Notes: generated by a model from the sequence alone, not told the origin. DNA of 64,000 nucleotides from Acidimicrobiia bacterium (GCA_963854265.1 CAWKYX010000001.1:396-64395), one strand, 5' to 3'; shown: positions 9,542 to 18,288, counted from the stretch's first letter. Made by a program: numbers and translations.

Positions 9542-10078
9542 CTATGCGCCATGACCGAGATCGGCCGCCAGCTTCGTGCCGACCGCGTTGACGGGTGTTC
9601 CCGACACCAGGTCGCCGACATAGGTCGACGCATTGACGTAATAGTAAAAGCTGAGCTTGCGTTCTGCGAAGAGCCACTCGCCCGAGACCCGCCGGTAGAC
9701 ATCGTCGTAGCGCACAGCCGAGATCATGGGGTTGTTTTCGCGCAAGACCTCGGCGTGAGACAATAACAGGCCTGTCGCTCGATCCGGATCATTCGGATCC
9801 ATGTCGACCGCATGCCCGTGGGTGACGTGGAAGCTCCCCAGGATGGTGTCCCACCGCCCGGCGAGAGCGTCCATCACTGCTTCGATACCTTGCGCATCGA
9901 CGACACCGTTGACCCAGTACCACCGCGCGTCCTCGGTGAATTGGGCACGGAGGCCAGCGGCGTCGTGTGCGTCCACGACGTCGCCGTAGCGAACGGCGAG
10001 TTGCTTGATTTGGTCTCGATCCTCGAGCTCTTGGACCCGGTTCTCGAGTGCGGCTAATCGCGCTGCAACATCATCCAT
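9542..10078 (-). CDS. NTF2-fold / SnoaL_4-like protein
   Basis: The 178-aa ORF has an N-terminal LENRVQELEDRDQIKQLAVRYGDVVD pattern typical of SnoaL_4 proteins. Its stop lies 3 nt upstream of the next gene's start. Confidence 0.7.
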   Translation of the reverse strand: MDDVAARLAALENRVQELEDRDQIKQLAVRYGDVVDAHDAAGLRAQFTEDARWYWVNGVVDAQGIEAVMDALAGRWDTILGSFHVTHGHAVDMDPNDPDRATGLLLSHAEVLRENNPMISAVRYDDVYRRVSGEWLFAERKLSFYYYVNASTYVGDLVSGTPVNAVGTKLAADLGHGA

Positions 10079-10151
10079 TGCGTGGCCCCTTTTTCTGTTC
10101 GGATCTTGGTCGTGCTTTCCCGGCCTGGAGCCAGAACACTATGGTTCAACT

Positions 10152-10583
10152 ATGGACGCAAGCCAAACACGTGTACACAACCGGAAAGCTATCAAGGCCT
10201 ACTTCGACTTGATCGCCACGGGCGATGTCGATGCCCTGGCCAAGTATTGGCATGACGACCTTCTCTTCGAGGCGCCGTTCTCGTTTACGGGGACGCCATC
10301 ACAGACTCAAGGTAAGGCCACGGTCTATGACCGTCTCGCGGGCTCGTATGGCTTGGTCACGATGGCATTCTCGATCACCGAGATTCACGACCTGGCCAAT
10401 CCCGACACGTTCTTCGTCGAGTACACCAGCGACGGCAACATGGTCGGATCAGGCGAGCGCTATCAAAACGTCTACATCACCATGGTTGAATTTCGTGACG
10501 GGTTGATGAGCCGGTTTCGCGAGTTCTACGACTCCCAGCGTTGCGCCGCTGCATTTGGCCACCTTTTGGGCCCCAACCATTAG
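10152..10583 (+). CDS. NTF2-fold / SnoaL-like protein
   Basis: ORF 10005..10583 is trimmed to ATG 10152. The sequence NRKAIKAYFDLIATGDVDALAKYWHDDLLFEAPF is typical of the SnoaL/ketosteroid-isomerase-like fold. Confidence 0.65.
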   Translation: MDASQTRVHNRKAIKAYFDLIATGDVDALAKYWHDDLLFEAPFSFTGTPSQTQGKATVYDRLAGSYGLVTMAFSITEIHDLANPDTFFVEYTSDGNMVGSGERYQNVYITMVEFRDGLMSRFREFYDSQRCAAAFGHLLGPNH

Positions 10584-10588
10584 GGGTC

Positions 10589-12160
10589 TCATCGGCGGGT
10601 CATGAAGCCCGCATCCTCGCGGTCCCATATGTCATCGTCGCGGTTCGCACGGAGTTCGTGCTTACGAACCTTCTCGGTTGGGGTCTTGGGGAGCTCGTCG
10701 ACTGCGACGATGTAGCGGGGCATCATGAATCGGGGGAGACGCGGCTGGAGATACTCCATCAAGGCCAAGGGGTCGAACCCGTCGCTTGACGGGACAACGA
10801 ACAGCTTGATGTCTTCCTCGCCGAGCTCGGACGGCACGCCAATGGCCGCAGACTCGACCACGGTCGGGGCATCGTTGACCACGGCCTCGAGCTCCATCGA
10901 CGAGATATTCTCGCCCCGATGCCGAATGGCGTCCTTCATGCGGTCGAGGAAGTAGAAGTAGCCGTCCCCGTCGTACATGCCGGCGTCACCGGTGTGGAAC
11001 CAATAGTTGCGCCAGGCCTCGGCTGTCGCCTCAGGATTGCGCCAATAGCCGGTCATCAACAGCCAAGGTTCCTCGGCGCGAACGGTGATCTCGCCCAAGG
11101 TATTCGCTGGGACTTCGTAGTCATCCTCATCGACGATGCGTACTTGATAGCCCTCGCGCAGGCGTCCCGCGCTGCCTTTGGGGCCGAGGTGCCAACCCGA
11201 CATGATCGGACACGAAATCTCGGTCATGTTGAAGACCGTGGCGATGGTGAAGTTGAACCGTTGCATGAATGCGTCGGGGTCGTCGGGCAGTGGGGCCATC
11301 AGGACGTTGCGCAACGGATGGTCACGGTCGTCGGGCTGGGGAGCCAAATTCCAGATGAACGCGGGAGTCGACCCAATCAGCATCGTGCAGGTGCAGTCGA
11401 AGCGGCGAATGTCGTCCCAGAAATCGGCGGTCTTGAATGCATCCCGAAGGACGAATCGGCCGCCAAAGAGCGCGGAGGCATAGAACGCGAGCTTTCCGCT
11501 CATGTGGAACATCGGGAACGGCGAGTACCAGGCATCGCCGGAGCCGAGTTTGTCGAGCGGAATGCACCCGGTGGCCGACGCGTGGGCATGAGCCCACGGA
11601 ATGATCACGCCTTTCGATGGTCCGGTTGTTCCCGAGGTGTACAAGATGCACGCGGTGTCGTGAGGCTTCGGCCGAACCAGGTCGCGAGGCGGAGCGGAAC
11701 GTGCCAACAGCTCCTCCGCAGCCAACACGTTGAAGGGTGCGTTGTCGGGCTGGTCGCCCAGCACAACAAGAGTCTCGAGTTGTTCGAGGCCGGGGGCAAT
11801 GGCCGCAACGTGTTCGACAAAGCGAGCCCCGACGATGGCAACGCGGGCGCCGGCGTTGTTCAGGACATGGGTGAGAATCCGCCCCACGTAGGCCGTGTTG
11901 ACTTGGACTTCGATCGCGCCAACACGAGCAACGGCCAGCCAGGTCATCGCGGACTCAAACATGTTGTCGAGCATCACGACCACGGTGTCGTCGGGCTTGA
12001 CGCCTTCACTTTGCAGCGCGCCGGCCCAGGCCAGCACGGCCGTGTCGAGTTGTCCGAACGTCAAGCTCGAGCCATCGACGTGCTGAAGGAAGAGCTGGTC
12101 GGTGTGGGAAATGGCATGGTCTGCCAAGAGGTTCGGCAGTACGTGAGCGTCAGTCAGCAT
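10589..12160 (-). CDS. Acyl-CoA synthetase / AMP-dependent ligase
   Basis: LYTSGTTGPSKGV, WFHTGDAGMYDGDGYFYFLDRMKD and PKTPTEKVRK. Confidence 0.9.
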   Translation of the reverse strand: MLTDAHVLPNLLADHAISHTDQLFLQHVDGSSLTFGQLDTAVLAWAGALQSEGVKPDDTVVVMLDNMFESAMTWLAVARVGAIEVQVNTAYVGRILTHVLNNAGARVAIVGARFVEHVAAIAPGLEQLETLVVLGDQPDNAPFNVLAAEELLARSAPPRDLVRPKPHDTACILYTSGTTGPSKGVIIPWAHAHASATGCIPLDKLGSGDAWYSPFPMFHMSGKLAFYASALFGGRFVLRDAFKTADFWDDIRRFDCTCTMLIGSTPAFIWNLAPQPDDRDHPLRNVLMAPLPDDPDAFMQRFNFTIATVFNMTEISCPIMSGWHLGPKGSAGRLREGYQVRIVDEDDYEVPANTLGEITVRAEEPWLLMTGYWRNPEATAEAWRNYWFHTGDAGMYDGDGYFYFLDRMKDAIRHRGENISSMELEAVVNDAPTVVESAAIGVPSELGEEDIKLFVVPSSDGFDPLALMEYLQPRLPRFMMPRYIVAVDELPKTPTEKVRKHELRANRDDDIWDREDAGFMTRR

Positions 12161-12614
12161 CGGGTGCCTCGGCCGATGTGGTGAGCGAGGTGGCGAGCGA
12201 TGCCGGGAGGAGGACCTCGGCTTGCCCTTGCAGAATTATTTCGCCGCCGTCTCGCACCAATTCGACGTCGCAGTGGGCCATGATCCTGTTTCCGAGATTG
12301 CTGCTCTCGCCGTTCTTGGTTTCGCGAAGCTCGACCACTTTGCCCCGGGCCTCCAACCGATCGCCGGGACACGAGATCGAATGGAAGCGCATCTGGATCC
12401 GACGAATCGCCTGCGGCGAGCCAGCCCACGCGATCAGCATGTTCATTACGTAGGCGATGTTGGCCGGGCCTTGATTCACGCGGCCGCGAAGACCGAGCTC
12501 CGCAACCAGCTCCTCGTCGACGTGGACCGGGTTCATGTCTCCCATCACGTCCATGACGGCGACGATGTCCTCGATGCGGACTTCGGGAACGACGAAAGGC
12601 GGGATAGTGGTCAC
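12150..12614 (-). CDS. MaoC-like (R)-specific enoyl-CoA hydratase, hotdog fold
   Basis: The 154-aa ORF has MGDMNPVHVDEELV...VNQGPANIAYVMNMLIAW, which is the MaoC dehydratase pattern. It overlaps the flanking genes (GTGA with the upstream gene), so it is probably translationally coupled. Confidence 0.75.
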   Translation of the reverse strand: MTTIPPFVVPEVRIEDIVAVMDVMGDMNPVHVDEELVAELGLRGRVNQGPANIAYVMNMLIAWAGSPQAIRRIQMRFHSISCPGDRLEARGKVVELRETKNGESSNLGNRIMAHCDVELVRDGGEIILQGQAEVLLPASLATSLTTSAEAPDAD

Positions 12615-13057
12615 GATGCAGCCTCTGCTGTCCGGGGGAAGACATAGGTTTCGTCCGACACCACGATCAATATGTTGTCGGGGTCGACGAGCTCGAGATG
12701 CAGCGTCACGAGGTCGAATACCCCTGCTCGGCTGCCACGCTTTCGTTCCACAGAAGCAATGTGGCCGCGGACCAGATAATCAACACCGATGAGCATCGGT
12801 TGGTGGTAGGTGAGGTCGCCCTCACCGAACAGGACACCCGAGTCCATGTCGGCGCCGACCATGTCGAAGAACTCGGGCAAGTTCCATCCCATGCCGCAGT
12901 GGGGTGCCACGTGTGCATAGACCGGGTGGGCGACACCGAACGCGTAGTCCTCGGCGTGCACGGCGCCGACGGCCTTCGCGTGGGCTTCGGGTTCGATCAA
13001 ATAACTGCCGTCGGGGAGTTCGGTCCCGACAAGCGCTTCGAGGTCACTGAAGTTCAT
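12611..13057 (-). CDS. MaoC N-terminal-type hotdog protein (probable partner subunit of 12150..12614)
   Basis: The 148-aa ORF is immediately upstream of the MaoC gene and overlaps it. The arrangement matches two-gene hotdog hydratases such as ChsH1/ChsH2. Confidence 0.6.
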   Translation of the reverse strand: MNFSDLEALVGTELPDGSYLIEPEAHAKAVGAVHAEDYAFGVAHPVYAHVAPHCGMGWNLPEFFDMVGADMDSGVLFGEGDLTYHQPMLIGVDYLVRGHIASVERKRGSRAGVFDLVTLHLELVDPDNILIVVSDETYVFPRTAEAAS

Positions 13058-13178
13058 GATGTGGTCTTTCGCGCCGGGCCACGGGCCGTCTGATGGGGGC
13101 GAACCGTTCGACGTTTCAGGTTAACTATTAGCAGGAACTCGTCAACCAGGGTATTTTTGTGGTGACGGCCAGCAGACC

Positions 13179-14432
13179 ATGGGGGAACAATCGTTGAGCG
13201 ACACTACTGACGTCGACCTGACCGGGGCATTCAATGCCTACGTGACCGACCCCGAGTCGTGCGACCCCTATGACATCTTCGCCCGGATGCGCGATGAAGC
13301 ACCCGTTCTGTGGAGTGAGCCCCTCCAAGCCTGGGTCATGACTCGTTGGCCCGATGTCTCACGAATGTTCGAAGACACCGAGCACTTCGGTCCGCTGATG
13401 AACCAGCCCGGGACATCGAGCATCTTTGGTCGCGCGCTGCTCCAGATGGCGGGCGACGAACATCGACGCAAGGAAACCATCATTGCGAAACGTATCCGCA
13501 GCCCCAAGCGTCTGACCGCCGATCTCGACGACCTCATCCGCTCGCTGGCGGAGGAATATGGCGACGAGTTGCCTCTCGCCCCTGATGTCGCCGACCTGCG
13601 CACCGGGCTCACCGAGCCCGTGCCCCTCGGTGTGATCGCCGAGCTTATGGACATGTCCGAGGCCGGCAACTTCCGGCACTGGTATCAAGACATCGTTTCC
13701 GCCGGCATCTCCAACGTCAACAAGGACCCGCACATCCACGCCAAGGGCGAGGCCGCCCGCGACGAGTTGTTTGCGTTTGTTACGCCAAGCATCGAAGAAC
13801 GTCGTGGTTGCCCCGGCGACGAGCTGTTGTCCGATCTTTGCTCCATGGAGTACGAGGGCGAACGGTTGTCTGACGACGAGGTTCGGAGCTTCACGGCATT
13901 CTTGTTGTCTGCCGGTATCGAAACCACCGATCGCGCGTTCGCCAACTTGGTGAAGCACCTGATCCTCCAACCCGATCAGTGGCGGCGTATCAAAGAGGAC
14001 CGATCGTTGGTGAGCTCAGCGGTCACCGAGATCCTCCGGTATCGCCCGCCGGTCCAGGGCACGATTCGTTTGGCGCTGCAGGACTTTGACATTGATGGGA
14101 CCGTGGTCCCGGCCGGCTCGAAGGTGTTCTCGTTCATCTCCAGCGCCAATCATGACCCATCAGTCTTCAACAATCCTGAGATCTTCGATGTCGGCCGATT
14201 CGTCGGTGGCGAACGTCCCCACTACACCCCGATCGGGCCCGTACGGGCATTCGGCGCGGGACCGCACACCTGCACGGGTTCACTCTTGGCGAAACTCGAG
14301 ATGGAACGGACACTTGAGTACCTGTTGGACCGATTCGACCGGATCGAGTTCGCCGGCGAAGTCCCGGTCGACACCGGCTTGATGCTCCGGTCCCCGGCGT
14401 CGCTCGACGTGCTGTTGCATCCGGTCAGCTGA
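13179..14432 (+). CDS. Cytochrome P450
   Basis: Heme loop FGAGPHTCTGSLLA, I-helix LLSAGIETTD and ExxR in EILRYRPP. Length is 417 aa. Confidence 0.9.
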   Translation: MGEQSLSDTTDVDLTGAFNAYVTDPESCDPYDIFARMRDEAPVLWSEPLQAWVMTRWPDVSRMFEDTEHFGPLMNQPGTSSIFGRALLQMAGDEHRRKETIIAKRIRSPKRLTADLDDLIRSLAEEYGDELPLAPDVADLRTGLTEPVPLGVIAELMDMSEAGNFRHWYQDIVSAGISNVNKDPHIHAKGEAARDELFAFVTPSIEERRGCPGDELLSDLCSMEYEGERLSDDEVRSFTAFLLSAGIETTDRAFANLVKHLILQPDQWRRIKEDRSLVSSAVTEILRYRPPVQGTIRLALQDFDIDGTVVPAGSKVFSFISSANHDPSVFNNPEIFDVGRFVGGERPHYTPIGPVRAFGAGPHTCTGSLLAKLEMERTLEYLLDRFDRIEFAGEVPVDTGLMLRSPASLDVLLHPVS

Positions 14433-14507
14433 ACGCCGGTTATACCAGTCGCTATCAAGACCAACCGACGAAGACTACAGAAGACCACCGAGGAGACACG
14501 GAGACCA

Positions 14508-15302
14508 ATGGGAGAGCGACTACAGGGAAAGCGCACGATCGTGACGGGCGCGGGCTCGGGAATTGGGGCGACCGCTGCCGCCTTGTTCGCGTCTGAAGGT
14601 GCACAAGTGATTTGCGCGGACATCAACGGCGATGCTGTCGCCGCACTTGCGGCCGAGATCGGCTCTGCAGCCAAGGCCGTCCAGGTGGACGTGGCCGACC
14701 CGGCCTCCTGCGAGAACATGGTGGCCGAGACTATGGCTGCTTTCGGGGGCGTTGACGCTGTCTACTCCAACGCAGGTATCGCCGGGCCGGGACGAGCAGG
14801 TGACATCAGTCTCGAGGATTGGAACCGTGTGCTGTCGATCAACCTGACCGGCAAGTGGCTGGCGGTCAAGTATGCGCTGCCGCACATGATCGAGGCGGGT
14901 GGTGGCTCGTTGGTTCTCCAGGCCAGCGTCGGAGGCATCGTCGGCGTCCCCGGGATTGCCGCCTATGCCGCAGCCAAAGCGGGGGTCATTGGGCTGACCA
15001 AGCAGATGGCCGTCGACTACGGGCCCGACAACATTCGCGTCAACGCCGTGTGCCCGGGCACAGTCCCGACACCTCTCGTGCGCGAGACCTATGAGCAAAG
15101 GGGCGGCTTTGCTTCCACGGCGGCGGTCGGTGAGGATGCGACCATCGACGACATGATTGATGCTGCGAGTGCTCGTCACCCCATTGGGCGGGTGGGCACC
15201 ACAACCGACGTTGCTCAACTGGCGCTTCATCTCGCGTCCGACGAGGCCAACTGGACCACCGGGTCGATCTTCACGGTCGACGGCGGCATGACCGCGGCCT
15301 GA
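14508..15302 (+). CDS. Short-chain dehydrogenase/reductase (classical SDR)
   Basis: TGAGSGIGAT cofactor motif, NAG, YAAAKAG (YxxxK) and C-terminal VDGGMTA. Confidence 0.9.
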   Translation: MGERLQGKRTIVTGAGSGIGATAAALFASEGAQVICADINGDAVAALAAEIGSAAKAVQVDVADPASCENMVAETMAAFGGVDAVYSNAGIAGPGRAGDISLEDWNRVLSINLTGKWLAVKYALPHMIEAGGGSLVLQASVGGIVGVPGIAAYAAAKAGVIGLTKQMAVDYGPDNIRVNAVCPGTVPTPLVRETYEQRGGFASTAAVGEDATIDDMIDAASARHPIGRVGTTTDVAQLALHLASDEANWTTGSIFTVDGGMTAA

Positions 15303-15313
15303 GGGAGATCATT

Positions 15314-16375
15314 ATGACCGGATCACTGTCGCTTGAACATGGCGACGCGATGGAAGAGATGTTCGAGCGCGGATGGACCGACGGGCTGCCCGTCGTGCCG
15401 CCGACCCCAGAGTTGGTCCAAGCCATGCTCGATCATGCTGGTGTTGTGGCCACCGACGTTGTCGGCACGGTGCCCGAGCGGTCGCGGACGGTCACAGCCG
15501 ATAAGGCCGCGATTAACGCGGTCATGGCCGGCTGTCGTCCCGAGTACTTCCCTGTTGTTCTCGCCGCGCTGGCGGCCATGCTCGAACCCGTCTTTGGCGC
15601 ACACACCGTGGTCACCAGTACCGGAGGCGCTGCGCTGTGCGTGGTGGTCAGTGGTCCGCTGGTCGATGAACTCGGCTTCAACTCCTATCGCAACGCGTTG
15701 GGTCCGGGGAACCGGGCCAACGCGACGGTTGGTCGGGCAGTTCGTCTCGTGGCGATGAATGTGCTGGGAGCGCGTTCGGACAGTCTTGACGGTTCCTCGC
15801 TGGGCCACCCTGGGAAGTTCACGATGCTCGTGGCCGAGGAGGCCCCGCCCGAGGGTTGGGATCCGCTCGGAGTGGAACTGGGCTACGAGCTCGAGGACAC
15901 GACGGTCTCGATGTTTGCCACCGAGAGCCCGCACCAGATCGCTAACCACCTCAACGGAGACCCCGAAGGCATCCTGCTCACTTTCGCCGCGGCCATGAGC
16001 AACCCCGCGACGTATTGTGTCGGGAAGGGTCACGAAGCGGTGATCGTTGTTGGGTATGAACACCGTCGTGCGCTGGCCGAGGGCGGCTGGACCAAGCCGC
16101 AGGTCAGAGAATTCCTGGCTGAGCACAGCCGCGTTACACCAGAACAACTGGCTACAGGTGGTGTCCTGCTCGAGAACACCAAGCAGAACGACATGATCCC
16201 CGGACCCGACGGCAAGCTCGGCACGGTTACTGGTCCCGACGACATCCATCTGGTCACAGCCGGCAGTCCAGGCGCCGGCTGGTCCGCGTATATTCCCGCC
16301 TGGGCGCCCAAGGTCCACTCGGTCAGCGCGACGCGAAAGGTCGCGGCACCCGGAAATGGTCTACCGTTAAACTGA
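15314..16375 (+). CDS. Conserved hypothetical protein (353 aa), partner of the candidate selenoprotein
   Basis: The ORF is long with coding-like GC3 bias. The N-terminal ERGWTDGLPVVPPTPELVQAML segment looks conserved, but I cannot assign a family. Its stop lies 17 nt before the next start. Confidence 0.6.
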   Translation: MTGSLSLEHGDAMEEMFERGWTDGLPVVPPTPELVQAMLDHAGVVATDVVGTVPERSRTVTADKAAINAVMAGCRPEYFPVVLAALAAMLEPVFGAHTVVTSTGGAALCVVVSGPLVDELGFNSYRNALGPGNRANATVGRAVRLVAMNVLGARSDSLDGSSLGHPGKFTMLVAEEAPPEGWDPLGVELGYELEDTTVSMFATESPHQIANHLNGDPEGILLTFAAAMSNPATYCVGKGHEAVIVVGYEHRRALAEGGWTKPQVREFLAEHSRVTPEQLATGGVLLENTKQNDMIPGPDGKLGTVTGPDDIHLVTAGSPGAGWSAYIPAWAPKVHSVSATRKVAAPGNGLPLN

Positions 16376-16392
16376 AGCATCCCGGAGGTGTC

Positions 16393-16926
16393 ATGTCACT
16401 CATCACTATTTTGAGCCCTGAATTCGAGGCCGACGCACCCGAGCTGGTCCCAATGGCCGCTCGCACTGTGCCGACCGACCCGGTGACCATCACCATCATC
16501 GACAATGCGAAACCGAAAGCAAAAGAGCTCCTCGGCTACATCGCCGAGGGCCTCCGAGATCGGCTTCCTGTCGCTGATGTGGTTGTCCACAGCAAGTCCG
16601 CTGCCGGCAAGCCCATCGATGCCGACGTTGCCGAAATGTTGGCGGCGAGGTCACACTTGGTGATCTCGGGCCTTGGCGATTGAGGTGCTTGCACCGCGTG
16701 CAGTTTGCACGATGCGATCCAGATGGAAGCCCTCGGCGTTCCTGCGATGTTGTTGATCACCGAACCATTCATCCCGATCGTGGCGTCGTTCGCGCCGACA
16801 ATCGGAATGGACGACTATCCGGCCGTGGCAGTGCCGCACCCGGTCGCGCCACTTGATGACGATGGGCTGCGGAAGTTGGCCTCGACGGTGATCGACGAAG
16901 CCGTGGCTCGCCTAACTGTCGGCTGA
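16393..16926 (+). CDS. Candidate selenoprotein with a U-G-A-C motif (UGSC-like family); in-frame TGA at 16681..16683 read as Sec
   Basis: ORFs 16393..16683 and 16705..16926 share one frame. Read-through gives ...LVISGLGD-U-GACTACSLHDAIQMEALGVPAMLLITEPF... Coding bias continues across the TGA. A GGAGG RBS precedes 16393, and there is none before 16705. A hairpin follows the TGA. Confidence 0.6.
16697..16711 (+). promoter_or_regulatory. SECIS-like hairpin downstream of the in-frame TGA
   Basis: CGUGCA-GUU-UGCACG forms a perfect 6-bp stem that begins 13 nt after the TGA. The loop G and U fall at +23/+24 counted from the U of UGA. Confidence 0.45.
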
Positions 16927-17031
16927 GTTGCCGTTTCGCTGAGGGCCTGCAATCTCACTCTCTTTCGCGAGACAGCTACAGAACGAGGTAGTTCGGTCGA
17001 TGGATACCGGTGGAAGAGCCCGAGCGAAGCA

Positions 17032-17289
17032 GTGAACGCGAGAGCGAGCGGATTGTCGTCGAATTTGCGTTGTCGGGGGGGTGTGGCGCTGTGGACACCG
17101 TTTGTGTCGGCCACTGGGAAGATCCGTAACGTGTCCCTGACAGGAGTGAGCGTCGCGCTTGACAGCATGGAGCCCAAGATCACCCCGGGCACCTCGGCCA
17201 TGGTGACCATTGGAGATACGACCATCCACGCGAAGGTACGACACGTTGGACAGCAGGATCGACCATGGGACCCTTGCTACGGGCTTTAG
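17032..17289 (+). CDS. Possible small PilZ-like protein (weak call)
   Basis: The 85-aa GTG-start ORF lies in an otherwise empty ~510-bp gap. GKIRNVSLTGVSVALDS...GTSAMVTIGDTTIHAKVRHV resembles the PilZ (D/N)xSxxG beta-barrel segment. I see no clear RxxxR motif and no RBS. Confidence 0.3.
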   Translation: MNARASGLSSNLRCRGGVALWTPFVSATGKIRNVSLTGVSVALDSMEPKITPGTSAMVTIGDTTIHAKVRHVGQQDRPWDPCYGL

Positions 17290-17414
17290 TTCGTCGCTAC
17301 CCGAGGTGAGATTGCTCGCTGCCATCGCTGAGTCTCGATAAAGACGTCATCGAAGCCTTCGGCCGCAAGGTCACCCTCAAACCAGCCGCCGTCTGACCAC
17401 ATCTCCCCTCCGGG

Positions 17415-17433
17415 GCTGCGCTAACCGCGCAGC
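17415..17433. terminator. GC hairpin between convergent genes (candidate bidirectional terminator)
   Basis: GCTGCGC-TAACC-GCGCAGC lies 7 nt beyond the stop of the minus-strand crotonase gene. No strong U-tract. Confidence 0.4.
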
Positions 17434-17439
17434 TTCGTG

Positions 17440-18288
17440 TTATGCGCTGGCTTGCGGACCGTCGGAGTCCAACAAGCCGTCGTTCATGAGTTCCAGTGCG
17501 CGCTTGACGCCGTGGTCGCGCACGACCTTACGGAACGATCGCGCCACCTTGCTGGCCTGAGCCAAGACGTCGTACGCCACCGCCGACTCGCGCATGCCGC
17601 TCATGCCCATGGCTTCAGCCGCGGCGTTGGCCGAGGCCTTCTGGATTGTCAGCATCTCTGTGGCCGTCTTGGCAATCTCTGACGCGAGGTCGTGCACTTC
17701 ATCGGCGAGGCGATCGGCGGGAACCGACCGGTTGATCATGCCCATGTGAGCGGCTTCGGCGCCACTGACGAGTCGGGCGGTAAACAAGAGTTCCTTGGTA
17801 TGGCGGATGCCTGCGGTGAGTGGCCACAGTCCATGGTCGGGAGCGAGGCCGATGGCACGGGCCTCGGGCTGACCAAACAGTGCGTCGTCGGCTGCCACAA
17901 CGAGGTCACATTCCATCGCGATCATCAAGCCGCCCGCCACGCAATGGCCGTGGACTTGCGCGATCGTCGGCTTCGAGCATTCCCAGAGCCGCCGCCAGGT
18001 GGCGACCTCGCCCAGTACCCAATGCATCCCTTGGGCAGACGTTCGAGTCTTCGACGGCTTCGTGCCGATCGACTCATCCGGACTGAGGTCGTTCCCGCTG
18101 CAGAATGACTTGCCCTCGCCCCGGACGACGATGACTCGCACGTCGTCATCGTCGAGCAGCTCGGTGATTGCTTCATCGGCGGCGTCTTTGAGCGCGGTTG
18201 AAATGGCGTTGCGTTTTTCGGGTCGGTTGAGGACCAGATACCCGACCCGCCCTCGGCGCTCGGTGAAAACTGCGGCCGTGTCGGTCAT
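17440..18288 (-). CDS. Enoyl-CoA hydratase/isomerase (crotonase family)
   Basis: ORF 17440..18336 is trimmed to ATG 18288. LVLNRPEKRNAIS, FCSGNDL and HGHCVAGGLMIAMECD are crotonase oxyanion-hole patterns. Confidence 0.85.
   Translation of the reverse strand: MTDTAAVFTERRGRVGYLVLNRPEKRNAISTALKDAADEAITELLDDDDVRVIVVRGEGKSFCSGNDLSPDESIGTKPSKTRTSAQGMHWVLGEVATWRRLWECSKPTIAQVHGHCVAGGLMIAMECDLVVAADDALFGQPEARAIGLAPDHGLWPLTAGIRHTKELLFTARLVSGAEAAHMGMINRSVPADRLADEVHDLASEIAKTATEMLTIQKASANAAAEAMGMSGMRESAVAYDVLAQASKVARSFRKVVRDHGVKRALELMNDGLLDSDGPQASA

Noticed and set aside
10128-10150. KstR-type (TnnAACnnGTTnnA) or KstR2-type (AnCAAGnnCTTGnT) steroid-regulon operators in the intergenic regions. One candidate was AGAACACTATGGTTCA at about 10133..10148.
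   Set aside because: The half-site spacing is wrong (6 nt instead of 2), and no intergenic region contains a proper match. The steroid analogy for this island therefore rests on gene content only.
16684-16695. The inverted repeat GGUGC-UU-GCACC immediately after the in-frame TGA, considered as the SECIS stem.
   Set aside because: A 2-nt loop is sterically implausible, and the stem would start right at the recoded codon. The 16697..16711 hairpin has the expected spacing. Alternative pairings among the repeated GUGC/GCAC blocks need a proper folding calculation.
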